Below are positions 20,001 through 29,894 of a DNA stretch of 64,000 nucleotides, one piece after another. Positions within the stretch are counted from its first letter, which is position 1; each line of letters starts with the position of its first letter. Origin of the DNA: Nitrosopumilaceae archaeon (GTDB lineage Archaea > Thermoproteota > Nitrososphaeria > Nitrososphaerales > Nitrosopumilaceae); contig CBDATR010000024.1 of assembly GCA_965200155.1 (NCBI GenBank), forward strand, positions 224,001 to 288,000. Direction: 5' to 3'. Made by a program: the position numbers and the translations under genes. Below the pieces are notes generated by a model. That model was given only the letters and a program-made list of their open reading frames with translations. It had not been told where the DNA came from and did no database searches.

Positions 20001-21218
20001 AGGTGTGAGTAGTCCAATATCGACCGCTTTTGAGAATGGTAAGTCATATAGTACATCGCCATATTTCTCATTATCCATGGAGTATACTTCCAGTCCTTGA
20101 TCCGTGGCATCCTTTCTACCCTTTTCTGTATAGACACGGGGGGTGGCAGTCATGTAGAGCCGCCTCTTGGCTGGAACCTCGCTATTCTTGTGTGCAGTCA
20201 AGTAATAGGATTCCTTGATTTTCTCGGCGCCAGTGGTGCGGTGGGCCTCATCGAATAGAATTAGATCAAATATACCATTTCTGTCCCGTATGGCTTTTCC
20301 CACACGCTCCACTGAATTATACGTGGAAAATATGACACGCATACCTTTTCGGTTCTCCATAGAATGTAGTTGCTCCTTTATCGTTTCCACATCTGTGGAT
20401 GGTTGTATGGGACACTCAGTGATGGAACCTGCCTCATCTGTACCGGACGACTTGTCAGAGCATACTGCCATGTACTGATGTTCTATGGAACGGTTATCTG
20501 CCCACTCTCTCATCGCCTGCGGTATCAGTGATATTGACGGTACCAAGTATAGAACAAGACCATCTTTCCCTGGAATGGTTTCTGCGATATGGAGTGATGT
20601 TATGGTCTTGCCAGTCCCACATGCCATGATGAGCTTACCGCGATCTGCACCCTGTAGTCCGGTGACTACTCTTTGAACTGCTTCCTTCTGGTGATCTTGT
20701 AATGTCTTTGGTTTCACTGCTCTCTTCATTCCACTCCAGTCAATTCTGCTCTGGCGGAGATCAGCCTTCATGAGTATTGAGTAACCGGATTCTTCGAACG
20801 GTTTTACAATATTCCTGCTTACGTGCGCCCCTGTGAATACAAGAATGAGTCTGTCCATCTTTTTACTCTCCTTTACGACAAACATGTTTGAGATCTGATT
20901 CTCGTGGATACTGGAATCATCATTCCAGCACTTGCACTGAATGCCAACTAACTTGTCATCCTTGTCTCTGGCAACCAGATCAATTCCAATGTCCGGTTCA
21001 CGATACCAGTCATGGAATAGTTTTACTTCCTTGAACTCATTCTTGTATATGCTGTCATTCTTGAAGTAGTGTAGCATTAGTTTCTCAAATCGGACACCAC
21101 GTTCAGTCTTGCTAACTTTACTGCCCTTGCGGCTGATATCCTTTTCATCATCGGTCTCCGCACGTAGCCTTGCTAATGCTTGATCAAAAGTTTCCACTAT
21201 TCCTGGAATGATTCCCAC
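16827..21218 (-). CDS. Type ISP-like restriction-modification enzyme (Mrr-type nuclease, SF2 helicase, N6-adenine MTase, TRD), C-terminally truncated as read
   Basis: DIGIDLVA..IQCK; MACGTGKT, DEAH, MTATP, QSIGRVMR; DPFTGTG, GNPPY; NLRGD, YRPF. Confidence 0.92.
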   Translation of the reverse strand: MGIIPGIVETFDQALARLRAETDDEKDISRKGSKVSKTERGVRFEKLMLHYFKNDSIYKNEFKEVKLFHDWYREPDIGIDLVARDKDDKLVGIQCKCWNDDSSIHENQISNMFVVKESKKMDRLILVFTGAHVSRNIVKPFEESGYSILMKADLRQSRIDWSGMKRAVKPKTLQDHQKEAVQRVVTGLQGADRGKLIMACGTGKTITSLHIAETIPGKDGLVLYLVPSISLIPQAMREWADNRSIEHQYMAVCSDKSSGTDEAGSITECPIQPSTDVETIKEQLHSMENRKGMRVIFSTYNSVERVGKAIRDRNGIFDLILFDEAHRTTGAEKIKESYYLTAHKNSEVPAKRRLYMTATPRVYTEKGRKDATDQGLEVYSMDNEKYGDVLYDLPFSKAVDIGLLTPFKIILPEVDENDAYGEIIKAAREHGDDLKDYEDMDIDYMSKVNSICKAITYDGDTKEFRPLQRVMVFFNTIKASKLFSNHGRNMDKAKKPLKLDKITKETLSFDNLSERLLKTDPDLDGYKTVTRHVDGSTNSLDRGARIDWLRNSDSDPKEIRILSNARCLQEGVDVPALDAVVFMEPKNSPIDIIQSIGRVMRKSEGKKTGYVIVPIPVLKGDDPHHVLKRNTRYEQISKILRAITAHDDGLQKLLNKYVLSKSGKSGKHEPPDPSEIPPRLNDWIIRTLGAGLSDKLLKDVQNVILSLGDASYHANMGKRLGEQAVIIETKLKQRIKIEPETAPIIEQLHENLKHIVGFTLTYEQTIRALSQHAVMSRVFNVMFPKNANPVASAFDNTMQRLNIQGQLEQFEAFYTGIQADIELFKEPDAKQDFLRAIYDAFFIGSDKKSADKHGIVHTPVEIVNFIISSVSHVLESEFGKTFNDRAVKVLDPFTGTGIFLAQLIERGMISDDALPDKYQNDIYANEIMLPAFYVAMSNIEASYQKKSGEYVPFGGISYLDTFAQSPSYRLDSEQRKKQIKITDDSLEEAMTRVKRQNMDYVNVIVGNPPYSGGQKTANEDNKNVSHPYLGDSVSKTYIKNAPKGNTRGLYNSYIKALRWVSERIGDSGVIGLITPSAYITGNSEAGIRACLGMEFTDVYCFNLRGDAKTQGEQRRREAGNVFGGGSREATAITILVKNPAKQSCTIHYHDIGDYLDRDKKLEKIKEYGSIAGIQDWQIITPDRYHDWLEQRGDTSERWDSMTSMGSKEGKRGKTVNTLFHMYSNGLKTHRDVWVYNASPQDLEENMRRTIEHCAKQDLKKNFDKDKKYVAWNEDLQNSIRKLDEPLMFHDTNIRMSLYRPFFKQYLYFDTTFITSTYRIPLFYPRPDTKNVSIMVPDKIKGEFSTFVTDTTPDLHIHEASQCFPMKVKKQNAENEQEVGNSPLTTHHSPLTTHHSPLTTHHVKADQNLGPVPEKVITQENLAIIVSDKIKGEWSCFITGMIPDLQVVPNGQVFPLKVQETMTP
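17017..17079. repeat. simple sequence repeat (TGGTGAG)9 inside the RM gene
   Basis: Nine perfect heptamers counted; encodes SPLTTHH x3. Confidence 0.95.
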
Positions 21219-21258
21219 CCAAGTATTAGTATATTGTGTTGGTTGGCTGAGCGACTCT

Positions 21259-22308
21259 TCAATAGTACGAAAAGTAAGTCTGCTTAGGATCCGGCGTACA
21301 GTAGCTGACTATTTCATTGCACAAGCCATATGGTAAAGAGGATAACAGAGGAATCAAGAGAATCGCGAAGCGATTCAGCAAGACAAGAGGTGTTGCCGCA
21401 ACCAACATAGCTCAAGACCTGAAACAAGACACGTACGAAGATTGTGAACCAGAGGACGGGAATGACTCAAGATGGGCAGGCCTATGATACCAATCACCGC
21501 CACCCAGATACGAATGGTAACTGAAGCATACAGCAAGGATCCAGCCGGAGTAGTACGTATTGCAAAGAGACTGAGACATGATACATATCGCGCAGTATAT
21601 CGCATAATGAAAAAGAACGGTACGGCAGTCTCATCACCTGCAAAGTCAGAGTGGGTACGCTATGAGCATAAATATTCCAATGCAATGTGGCACTGGCATG
21701 TCATGAAAAGATGAGCGCTTCAGTGGGGACTGAATCTCATAGATGATGCATCTCATTATTGCGATATTATATTTAACGCGCATTTTACGCTTCAGGGGGG
21801 ACTGAATCTCATAGATGATGCATCCAGGTGTATAGTCGGGGCGGCACTATTCTAGCATACAACCTCAGAGAACGCCACTCTACTGAGATTGGCAATGAAA
21901 CGATTCGGCGCCCCTGCATCTCGTATAACGGCGCGTGTTTCATAGGACAATAAAAGGGCAAAAAGAACTGGAAACCAACACTATTCGAGGAAGAACTGCT
22001 GGATCAAGAATCATACTAATCAATTCCAGACCATACCACCCGCAGACAAATGGCAAACTGAAGCGCTTCCATGGAATGATTGAGGACGAGGGGACTCTTA
22101 TTTAAGAGTCCAATGAGATATGGCATTATGACAGTCTCCAGGATTATTTAGACTACTACAATGAGAGAAGATTGCACTTCTCACTGGATAGATAACGGCG
22201 AAACGCCGCTTCAGGAATAAAAAGGCGACCCAGACAATTAGGGCAAATGATGCAAAATGGATGGAGCGGGATGCCAATGACTAGCGGACCGACTTTTCAT
22301 ACATTACA
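21259..22308 (+). mobile_element. IS481-like element copy 2
   Basis: Same TIRs and sequence as 8697-9667, plus an extra 72 bp at 21716-21824. Confidence 0.87.
21716..21824. repeat. 37-bp duplication flanking a unique 35-bp insert
   Basis: CGCTTCAG(T/G)GGGGACTGAATCTCATAGATGATGCATC at 21716 and 21788; present once in the three sibling IS copies. Confidence 0.92.
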
Positions 22309-22724
22309 ATAATTTTAGACTGTTCCAGAAGTGGCGCATCTCTTCTTTCAAGAATCCTGATCAGCTTACCGTTCGCGCCTATAATCATGGCTAGGCTGTC
22401 CGGCAGTTTCTGGATGTGCCATCCGGCCGTTATTGGACAAATTAGTATTTATGCTTACGGTTATACTCTTTCTTTGTGCAAGCTAGACACTTCTTTGATG
22501 ATTCTATCTCTTCATCCTTCTTCTTGCGCGTAGCCTCTAACCCTGCATACTGAGCTTTTTGCATCTTGATGAGCGCATCGTTCTCCTTGGATGTTTCTCT
22601 TTATCTCATCCATAACTTTGGCATATTCCTCGCGTAGTATCTTGGCTACCGGGTCTTCCATCTGATTGCATTTACTTAATCAGGATGATGTTTAGTGAGT
22701 GTGTTGGGCGACCTAAACGGTTAC
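22309..22724 (-). mobile_element. 5' remnant of an IS66-type family 2 element, truncated by IS481-like copy 2
   Basis: TIR GTAACCGTTTAGGTC at 22724-22710, followed by a decayed Lys/Glu-rich coiled-coil-like frame. Confidence 0.6.
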
Positions 22725-24761
22725 TCGTCCGCTCTGCTCAACGCTTGTAAGCTGTTCCTTCCGTTTCTTGAGAATTGCGAATACACCCAGAATGGATGCC
22801 ATCCATACTGCCGTCAGTAGCATATTGGATATGGATACATACATGAATGGTATTGCATCCACAAGATTGCCCCGTATTGTACCGGCGCGAGAGTGTATAT
22901 CTATCATAAGGGTCGAGTATGCCGCACTATTCTCAGGTATTGTGACAGCTGTATCCAGGTTTTCGGACATATGGATCAGATCCCCGCGAATCCGGCCAAA
23001 GTCAGTGGTTTCAGTAGGAAACAGCCATACAGGGTTTTTGTTGTCAGGCAGCTTTGTCAAGGTCACATCAAGGTCTACTTGTATTGAATCCAAATGGGCG
23101 CGCAAAACTACCGGATCTGATGTACTCATTATGCCCTCCAGGTGCCCTCGAACACGATCTACAGGATAAATGTCTTGATGGTAACCATAAAACGCAAAGA
23201 ATACCCCCACTACTATAATCGCAGCTATGCCGATCATGGCGGCCTTGTATGCTCTTTCTGCCATCCTCTCTTCCTTGGTTACCTTGCGAGGGGTGACAGA
23301 TTTATGTCTTTTAAATCTAGAATGCATCAGGCTCATAGACGCCACATAGAGATAACCCACCGTCTGTATTGCAATGATTGGTGCAAATACAGGCTGCAAA
23401 TAAAGAATGGAGATCAGTATACCCACCACGCCATAAATTGCAAAAAATAATTCTAAAAGAGTGACTTTGGTAAAGGGTAAGTTGTATGCATTACTCTTCC
23501 AATCATCTTTTGACTTTAGAACACCATACTTGGGCGTACGGTGAAACACGTTCTTTTTCCCCACCACAGCATCAAATACTGCAACAGTGTTGTTTACAGA
23601 CAATCCTGCACTATATATGAACAGATAGGGTAATGTCTTTGCCTTCTGTCGCCACGACTCATGATATATATTCTGTAAAATCATCATGTACGCCCCCGGA
23701 CCCATAAGTATGTAGGCACCAATGGTCAACGCAGGTATGAAACTAACAATATAGAGATTTACCCCCTGCGCTAGCAGTACAGGTAACGCAAGGAACTGTA
23801 TTAACATGAAAGGATACACTATGTGACGGGTAAGCTGTACAAATGCCTGAACCTTTGTGCCAAAACTAATACCGCGCTTGACTATGATATCTGACAATAG
23901 CTTTATGGCGCATTGAACTGAACCCTTTGCCCACCTAAACTGCTGTCGTTTGACCGCATTCATTTGAACCGGAAGCTCAGCATCAACGACCACATCAGGA
24001 AGAAATACACACCTCCAGCCCTTCATCTGAGCCCGGTAACTCAAATCTAGATCTTCAACCAGCGTGGCTGTATGCCAGCCTCCAGCGTTATCTATGCACT
24101 CCCGACGCCATATTCCCGCCGTCCCATTAAAGTTCATAAACAGATGAGAATCACTCTTTGCTTTCTGCTCTACCAGAAAATGAAAGTCTAATGATATGGC
24201 TTGAGCCTTGGTCATAGAGGAGTAGCCCTCATTTGCATGTCCCCAACGACATTGTACCAAACCTATCTCCGGGGAAGAGAAGTGTGGGATTGCCTGCTTC
24301 AGAAACCATTTTGGTGGCATAAAATCCGCGTCAAATATGGCCACAAACTCTGTATCAGTAGATTTCATAGCATGGCGCAAGGCTCCGGCTTTGTATCCAT
24401 GTCGGTTGTCTCGTCTCACATACTGTATCTGAAAGCCGCGCTTTTGATATTGTCTGGCAGTATCCTGTAAAAGCAGAGATGTCTCGTCATCTGAGTCATC
24501 CAGTATCATGATCTTCAACTTGTCCTTAGGATAGTCCATGGAACACACCGAATCAACCAATCGCTTAGCCACATACTTTTCATTGTATATTGGAAGTTGT
24601 ATTGTGATGGTAGGCGTTCCCAAGTCCGCGACCGGGTGCATCTCCCTACGAGTCAGCGCTACATACACCAAGTAGTAGAAGTTGCATGTATACGCAGTGA
24701 TCACTATTGCAGAAAGTATGAACATATCTAAAACAAATTGGTAGAATATGTTTGGCGCCAT
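22713..24761 (-). CDS. GT2 cellulose-synthase-like glycosyltransferase with C-terminal membrane extension
   Basis: QLPIYNE, DDSDD, GYKAGAL, FDAD, VEDLDL, QQFRW. Confidence 0.93.
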   Translation of the reverse strand: MAPNIFYQFVLDMFILSAIVITAYTCNFYYLVYVALTRREMHPVADLGTPTITIQLPIYNEKYVAKRLVDSVCSMDYPKDKLKIMILDDSDDETSLLLQDTARQYQKRGFQIQYVRRDNRHGYKAGALRHAMKSTDTEFVAIFDADFMPPKWFLKQAIPHFSSPEIGLVQCRWGHANEGYSSMTKAQAISLDFHFLVEQKAKSDSHLFMNFNGTAGIWRRECIDNAGGWHTATLVEDLDLSYRAQMKGWRCVFLPDVVVDAELPVQMNAVKRQQFRWAKGSVQCAIKLLSDIIVKRGISFGTKVQAFVQLTRHIVYPFMLIQFLALPVLLAQGVNLYIVSFIPALTIGAYILMGPGAYMMILQNIYHESWRQKAKTLPYLFIYSAGLSVNNTVAVFDAVVGKKNVFHRTPKYGVLKSKDDWKSNAYNLPFTKVTLLELFFAIYGVVGILISILYLQPVFAPIIAIQTVGYLYVASMSLMHSRFKRHKSVTPRKVTKEERMAERAYKAAMIGIAAIIVVGVFFAFYGYHQDIYPVDRVRGHLEGIMSTSDPVVLRAHLDSIQVDLDVTLTKLPDNKNPVWLFPTETTDFGRIRGDLIHMSENLDTAVTIPENSAAYSTLMIDIHSRAGTIRGNLVDAIPFMYVSISNMLLTAVWMASILGVFAILKKRKEQLTSVEQSGRVTV

Positions 24762-24789
24762 ATGGCCCTATGATGTCTAGACGTATATT

Positions 24790-25746
24790 TTAGGCCTTTT
24801 GCTCAAATATCTTGATGGCCTGGGGCGGACACACACCTTCGCAGGCTAGGCAGAATATGCAGTCAGGCTCCTTGGACATGAGCGGCTTCTTCTCTGAGGC
24901 AGAGTTACCAGGCGTGTCAAACCATTCATAAACAGAAACAGGGCATGCATCAATACAGGCACCGTCAGCTACACATATGTCAAAGTCTACCGAGACATAT
25001 TCGCCCCATACGCCCATGACAGCATTATCCTCTCCTCGCCGACCCCAAGTTTTAATAGTGTGATCTGGTGCCTTGTATGGCTTGGATGAAGGCATCTTTG
25101 ACTTGTAATCTACGTCTATTGGCCCCGGCTTTGCTCCATCAGGTACCTCCACTTCCTCTTCTACCAGTGCGGCAGTTTGACCAGGAGTGACGGCTAGTTT
25201 TGGTTTAGGTTTAGCATTAGGTACTATCTTGGCCAACGGGGTCAACTCTTCAAGTCTGGCAATCGCTTGAACATAGTCCAGTTTTTCCATCTTTTTGAGT
25301 GCCTCCACCATCTTGTCTGCCAGTATGGTGTTACGAAGTATTGTATCAATCATCATCTTTGCAAAATGATCTGCCTTCTTCCTGTAATCACGAACCCATT
25401 GGGGATCACCAAATTTTTCTATAGGAAATATCTGATATATTATGTCAACTACCTCGCCAGTTACAATCTCTATAGTTACAGAGAGGTCTACTGTCTCAAA
25501 ACCGGGCGCATCTTCATCCCCCCCGCTTCGTTCAGTCCATCCATATGTGGCATAGACACGATCCGCGTACGCATCCATAGTGAAAGTCTTCTTCATGCCA
25601 TCGTGTACAGACTGAATCTCTTTTGGATCTTCGAGTTTAATGGGCAAACGATATAGTCCAAGCTTGAACCCGTGTAATGGATAGACACCACGCTTAGCAG
25701 TGGGCGCCTCCATAGACCAAACCCTATCCTTAAGAAGCAATGACAT
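24790..25746 (-). CDS. 4Fe-4S ferredoxin with long N-terminal domain (zinc-ferredoxin-like)
   Basis: CVADGACIDACP and CIFCLACEGVCP. Confidence 0.88.
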   Translation of the reverse strand: MSLLLKDRVWSMEAPTAKRGVYPLHGFKLGLYRLPIKLEDPKEIQSVHDGMKKTFTMDAYADRVYATYGWTERSGGDEDAPGFETVDLSVTIEIVTGEVVDIIYQIFPIEKFGDPQWVRDYRKKADHFAKMMIDTILRNTILADKMVEALKKMEKLDYVQAIARLEELTPLAKIVPNAKPKPKLAVTPGQTAALVEEEVEVPDGAKPGPIDVDYKSKMPSSKPYKAPDHTIKTWGRRGEDNAVMGVWGEYVSVDFDICVADGACIDACPVSVYEWFDTPGNSASEKKPLMSKEPDCIFCLACEGVCPPQAIKIFEQKA

Positions 25747-25795
25747 GTATTATTATTAGAGACCATGGTTTTAAAAATGTTATTAGAGTTTACAG

Positions 25796-25887
25796 GTATG
25801 AGTTCACGTCTTCCGGAATCTTGTGCACAAATCACATTAACTGTCGCGATCAGTTATGCGTAAATTTAGACACAGGTGAACTCACAC
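25796..25887 (+). mobile_element. MITE family 1 (92 bp)
   Basis: TIR GTATGAGTTCAC; 8-bp TSD GTTTACAG. Confidence 0.95.
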
Positions 25888-26046
25888 GTTTACAGTGCTA
25901 CCGGATCAAGAAATCCAGCGTGCGCAGGCAATGACACCACACAATAATTACATTAGTTGATAAACTAAATTTGAAAAGCCACAATATAATAAAAAATGAT
26001 AACAAACATGTTTTGCGTTGAACATTATGCAAATAGGTCTGCAAAG

Positions 26047-27741
26047 GTATGAGTTCACGTGTTTTGATCACATAATAATATAGAATACATCCCAGTTTTT
26101 TTAATTATAACTGCATTCTGGCAGCAACCTCGTTCATTACAGAAAGGCCCTGAGCCCTCCATGTCTGAACACATGATACGAATGTGGACATGCGGCGCAT
26201 TGCCCTTTCGCCACCCTTTATCTGGCCACTAATCTTGCGGAATACCACTGCGTATCGCAAAGCCTGCTCCGCTGGATTGTTGGTGGGCTCTACACTGTCA
26301 TATTCTAAGAATACGAACATGCCGGGTATGGCCTTATTCAATCCTTTTACCTTCTTTTGTAGTTCAGTATCATCAACATCACAGTATTGATGCAGAATGG
26401 ATTCTGCTCCTGTCTCAAATGAGTGTCGTAATTGCGCGGACGGCCCGCAGTGATTCAGGGATTCCCGTGCGCTCCGGAACAATCCTTTCAGGTCGTTGTC
26501 AAGTTTGATCCGGGCGTCCTGAGCACCGGGATCGATATAGAATCCTGCATGTAATGCCTGGGTATCGCGCAATAAATGCGCCCAACACAACTGGTGCTTC
26601 CCACCGTCATCAAACCGGCGGTACACAACGTACCTGTCCGTTACTATCGCTCCCTGGTAACCGTTCAGGTATTTGTTCACTACATTTGAACTCCTACTTT
26701 TGTCATATATGGACATCATCCACTCTTCGGCTCGCATCCCCCATACCCAGCCACGCCTACCCGCCAGTGATATACCAGTTTCGTCCACATGAATGCTGGG
26801 TGATTTTATTATATTCTCATGAATTGTTTCCATAAATGATTCACATGCATCGGCGGCCCTGGCAATTATGTTGTTTACTGCACCCACCGATATATTTAGG
26901 CCGAAGAGATCCCTCGAAATTACAGGTATGCGTTTTATTGGAATCTTTTCCGCACGCAATGCAGTGATGGCACCGCATAATTGAACCCCAAAACTACCAC
27001 TCTTTGGGACGCCCGCTGCTGGGGCCAGTTGTTTTTTGCCGCACCCACACGCAGCCATTTCTATCACATGAAGGGTCTCCTCTATTTTGGCTGGTATTAA
27101 TTCCGTTATGTGTCGTTGTTTCCAACCAATTTTTGTCATTATATTGCCGCACTCACATATTGGTGTGTACTCAAAGGTGTGATGCACTACTCTGCCGGGG
27201 TTGTGGGAACGGGAAACCCCCTTGTGTCCCTTTTGAGCGCCAGCCTTTTTGGCTGATTTAGTACTGGCTTCTTTCTGTTGCTTATTATCTCCCTGTTTTC
27301 GCTTCTGCTCCTCCTGTTTTCGCTTCTTGTACTGGAGGGATTGAAGGGATGGTGGCGAGTGAGCATTCTCATAATATTTAAGTCGCGTTGTGATTACCGC
27401 AATTTTCCTGTCTTTTTCTACTAATTCCTCTTTCAATTCACTTACATAATTCCTAATAATTTGGAAATCTTGTGTGAGATTTCGTATTTCTTTTATGGTG
27501 TGTGACATATATGCTTCCAATACTCTCACACGTTCCTTGTAATGTGCAAGATCTTTCTTGTAATCCTCAATATCTTTCTTGATAGACGCAAGGGTATCCT
27601 GAAGAAGTTTATTTTCCAGTTCCAATTCCTTATAGGACCGGCGTCTTCTCATTAGATTCTTATTGCAAATTTGGTATTTAAGTAAAATATTGTCATACCA
27701 ATCTATATCTTAGTGAATGATCAAAACACGTGAACTCATAC
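26047..27741 (-). mobile_element. complete IS66-family element (single ORF, ISBst12-group-like)
   Basis: TIR GTATGAGTTCACGTGTTTTGATCA at both ends; 8-bp TSD CTGCAAAG. Confidence 0.95.
26105..27652 (-). CDS. IS66 family DDE transposase, intact
   Basis: Coiled coil, SPPS, GAQKGHKG, CECG, HVDETG, TDRY, QLCWAHLLRD, TNNPAEQALR. Confidence 0.95.
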   Translation of the reverse strand: MRRRRSYKELELENKLLQDTLASIKKDIEDYKKDLAHYKERVRVLEAYMSHTIKEIRNLTQDFQIIRNYVSELKEELVEKDRKIAVITTRLKYYENAHSPPSLQSLQYKKRKQEEQKRKQGDNKQQKEASTKSAKKAGAQKGHKGVSRSHNPGRVVHHTFEYTPICECGNIMTKIGWKQRHITELIPAKIEETLHVIEMAACGCGKKQLAPAAGVPKSGSFGVQLCGAITALRAEKIPIKRIPVISRDLFGLNISVGAVNNIIARAADACESFMETIHENIIKSPSIHVDETGISLAGRRGWVWGMRAEEWMMSIYDKSRSSNVVNKYLNGYQGAIVTDRYVVYRRFDDGGKHQLCWAHLLRDTQALHAGFYIDPGAQDARIKLDNDLKGLFRSARESLNHCGPSAQLRHSFETGAESILHQYCDVDDTELQKKVKGLNKAIPGMFVFLEYDSVEPTNNPAEQALRYAVVFRKISGQIKGGERAMRRMSTFVSCVQTWRAQGLSVMNEVAARMQL

Positions 27742-28166
27742 CTGCAAAGTAACTAAGTTCAAAATGATCATGCACAAAATTCATTGCTATCATGTATTCC
27801 CTGACCTTTATGCATAATCTCCATTATCATATCCATAACTAAATTATTTTATTATAATAATTTCCCAAATTTTTGTATCGAATAATCCACTGTAGTACAA
27901 ATGACATATGCAAATACATGCATAGATAAACTCACAAATTCAAACATAAACAAATGCATATTAATTTAAAATTGTAGGAAAATTAGCATTTCTACATATT
28001 TTATTGTACACTAAAAATTTAACATGTAAACAAATCTAAATTTGTACACATAGAATTAATTTCGTGTAAACATATACGCAATTGTGTTCTACAAATTTAG
28101 AATTTAAACATGCATAGAGTACGCATTCAACTAGAATTAAATATACCAGCCAATACCACAAAAAAT

Positions 28167-28424
28167 ATGGAAATACACGTATACGACACGTATGTACGAG
28201 CAGCCGATGGCCACACAATGCATTTTGATGTTATTACTGGAGAGAAGGATCACGACAAAGCCATAGAATTTGGCAAAGAGTGGTTGGTATCAATAGGAGA
28301 AGGCGATGCAGTTATCACTACCAAAGAATGCCAATTCTGCCACTCTCAGGGTGCGCCAAAAGAGGTAGAAGAATCTATACGGGAACACGGATACTACATA
28401 CAGAAGATGCAAGGTTGCCCTTAG
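28167..28424 (+). CDS. DUF2024-like small protein
   Basis: MEIHVYDTYV..MHFDV..CQFCHSQ..GYYI. Confidence 0.8.
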   Translation: MEIHVYDTYVRAADGHTMHFDVITGEKDHDKAIEFGKEWLVSIGEGDAVITTKECQFCHSQGAPKEVEESIREHGYYIQKMQGCP

Positions 28425-28490
28425 TTGTAATTTTATGTTTTTTATGTAAACGATTTACATATCAATGATCAACTGTTTGGTAGCGCGATT

Positions 28491-28582
28491 GTATGAGTTC
28501 ACGTCTTCCGGAATCTTGTGCACAAATCACATTAACTGTCGCGATCAGTTGTGCGTAAATTTAGACACAGGTGAACTCATAC
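28491..28582 (+). mobile_element. MITE family 1 (92 bp)
   Basis: TIRs; TSD GCGCGATT. Confidence 0.95.
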
Positions 28583-28700
28583 GCGCGATTCACCATCAAT
28601 TCTCAAATAGCCTGTGTATATTGTTCAATACATGTAGATGGTCTGGACCCCATAGAATTGAGAATAGATCTCAATGCACATTTTTTAGATTCAAGAGAGC

Positions 28701-28877
28701 ATGGTTGACAAAAAGCACCAATGAAGTCTGGAAGAGAAGGTCCGGATTATTTTAGGGACATTAGACTCGGCAGCAGTCACCGCAGAGATCTGCAGGCGAC
28801 ATTACATATCGCCCCTCACACTATACATGTGGAGGTAAAGATTCCCAAAGGCCGGTTCTGAGGGATTGTACAGAAAC
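28701..28877 (+). pseudogene. IS3-type OrfA (HTH) remnant, truncated by the IS481-like copy
   Basis: SLEEKVRIILGTLDSAAVTAEICRRHYISPLTLYMWR with in-frame stops. Confidence 0.6.
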
Positions 28878-29841
28878 TCAATAGTACGAAAAGTAAGTCC
28901 GCTCAGGATCCGGCGTACAGTAGCTGACTATTTCATTGCACAAGCCATATGGTAAAGAGAATAACAGAGGAATCAAGACAAAAGAGGCGTTGCCACAACC
29001 AACATAGCTCAAGACCTGAAACAAGACACGTACGAAGATTGTGAACCAGAGAACGGGAACGACTCGAGTAAAGATGGGCAGGCCCATGATACCAATCACC
29101 GCCACCCAGATACGAATGGTAACTGAAACATACGGCAAGGATCCCGCCGGAGTAGTACGTATTGCAAAGAGGCTTTAGACAGAATTACAATATATCGCGC
29201 AGTATATCGCATAATGAAAAAGAACGGTACGGCAGGATCATCACCTGCAAAGTCAGAGTGGGTACGCTATGAGCGTAAATATTCCAATGCAATGTGGCAC
29301 TGGCATGTAATGAAAGATGAGCGCTTCAGGGGACTGAATCTCATAGATGATGCATCCAGGTGCATCGTCGGGGCGGCACTATTCTAGCATACAACCTCAG
29401 AGAACGCCACTCTACTGAGATTGGCAATGAAACGATTCGGCGACCCTGCATCTTGGATAACGGCGCGTGTTTCGTAGGACAATAAAAGGGAAAAAAGAAC
29501 TGGAAACCCACTATTCTAGGAAGAACTGCTGGATCAAGACATCATACTAATCAATTCCAGACCACATCACCCGCAGACAAATGGCAAACTGGAGCGCTTC
29601 CATGGAATGATTGAGGACGAGGGGACTCTTATTTAAGAGTCCAATGAGATATGACATCATGACAGTCTCCGGGATTATGTTGACTACTACAATGAGAGAA
29701 GGTTGCACTTCTCACTGGATATAGATGACGGCGAAACACCACTCCAGGAATAAAAAGGCGACCTAGACAATTAGTGCAAATGATGCAAAATGGATGGAGC
29801 GGGATGCCAATGACTAGCGGACCGACTTTTCATACATTACA
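28878..29841 (+). mobile_element. IS481-like element copy 3
   Basis: TCAATAGTACGAAAAGT...ACTTTTCATACATTACA. Confidence 0.87.
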
Positions 29842-29865
29842 TACAACGCCACAATGAGTAAAGAC

Positions 29866-29873
29866 TTATAAAG
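29866..29873 (+). promoter_or_regulatory. putative TATA box of radA
   Basis: TTATAAAG about 22-29 bp before the ATG, preceded by a purine-rich BRE-like sequence. Confidence 0.45.
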
Positions 29874-29894
29874 TAATGGTACGGTATTTGACCT

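Noticed and set aside
8697-22308. Composite transposon or inversion bounded by the inverted IS481-like copies 1 and 2
   Set aside because: Outer and swapped flanks give no convincing target duplication (only a 4-5 bp ATAA(T) match on one pair).
25740-25934. Repeated small ORFs containing YEFTSSGILCTNHINCRDQLCVNLDTGEL as a peptide family
   Set aside because: They are read-through translations of MITE family 1.
27750-28160. AT-rich stretch as a replication origin
   Set aside because: No ORB repeats recognised and no orc1/cdc6 nearby.
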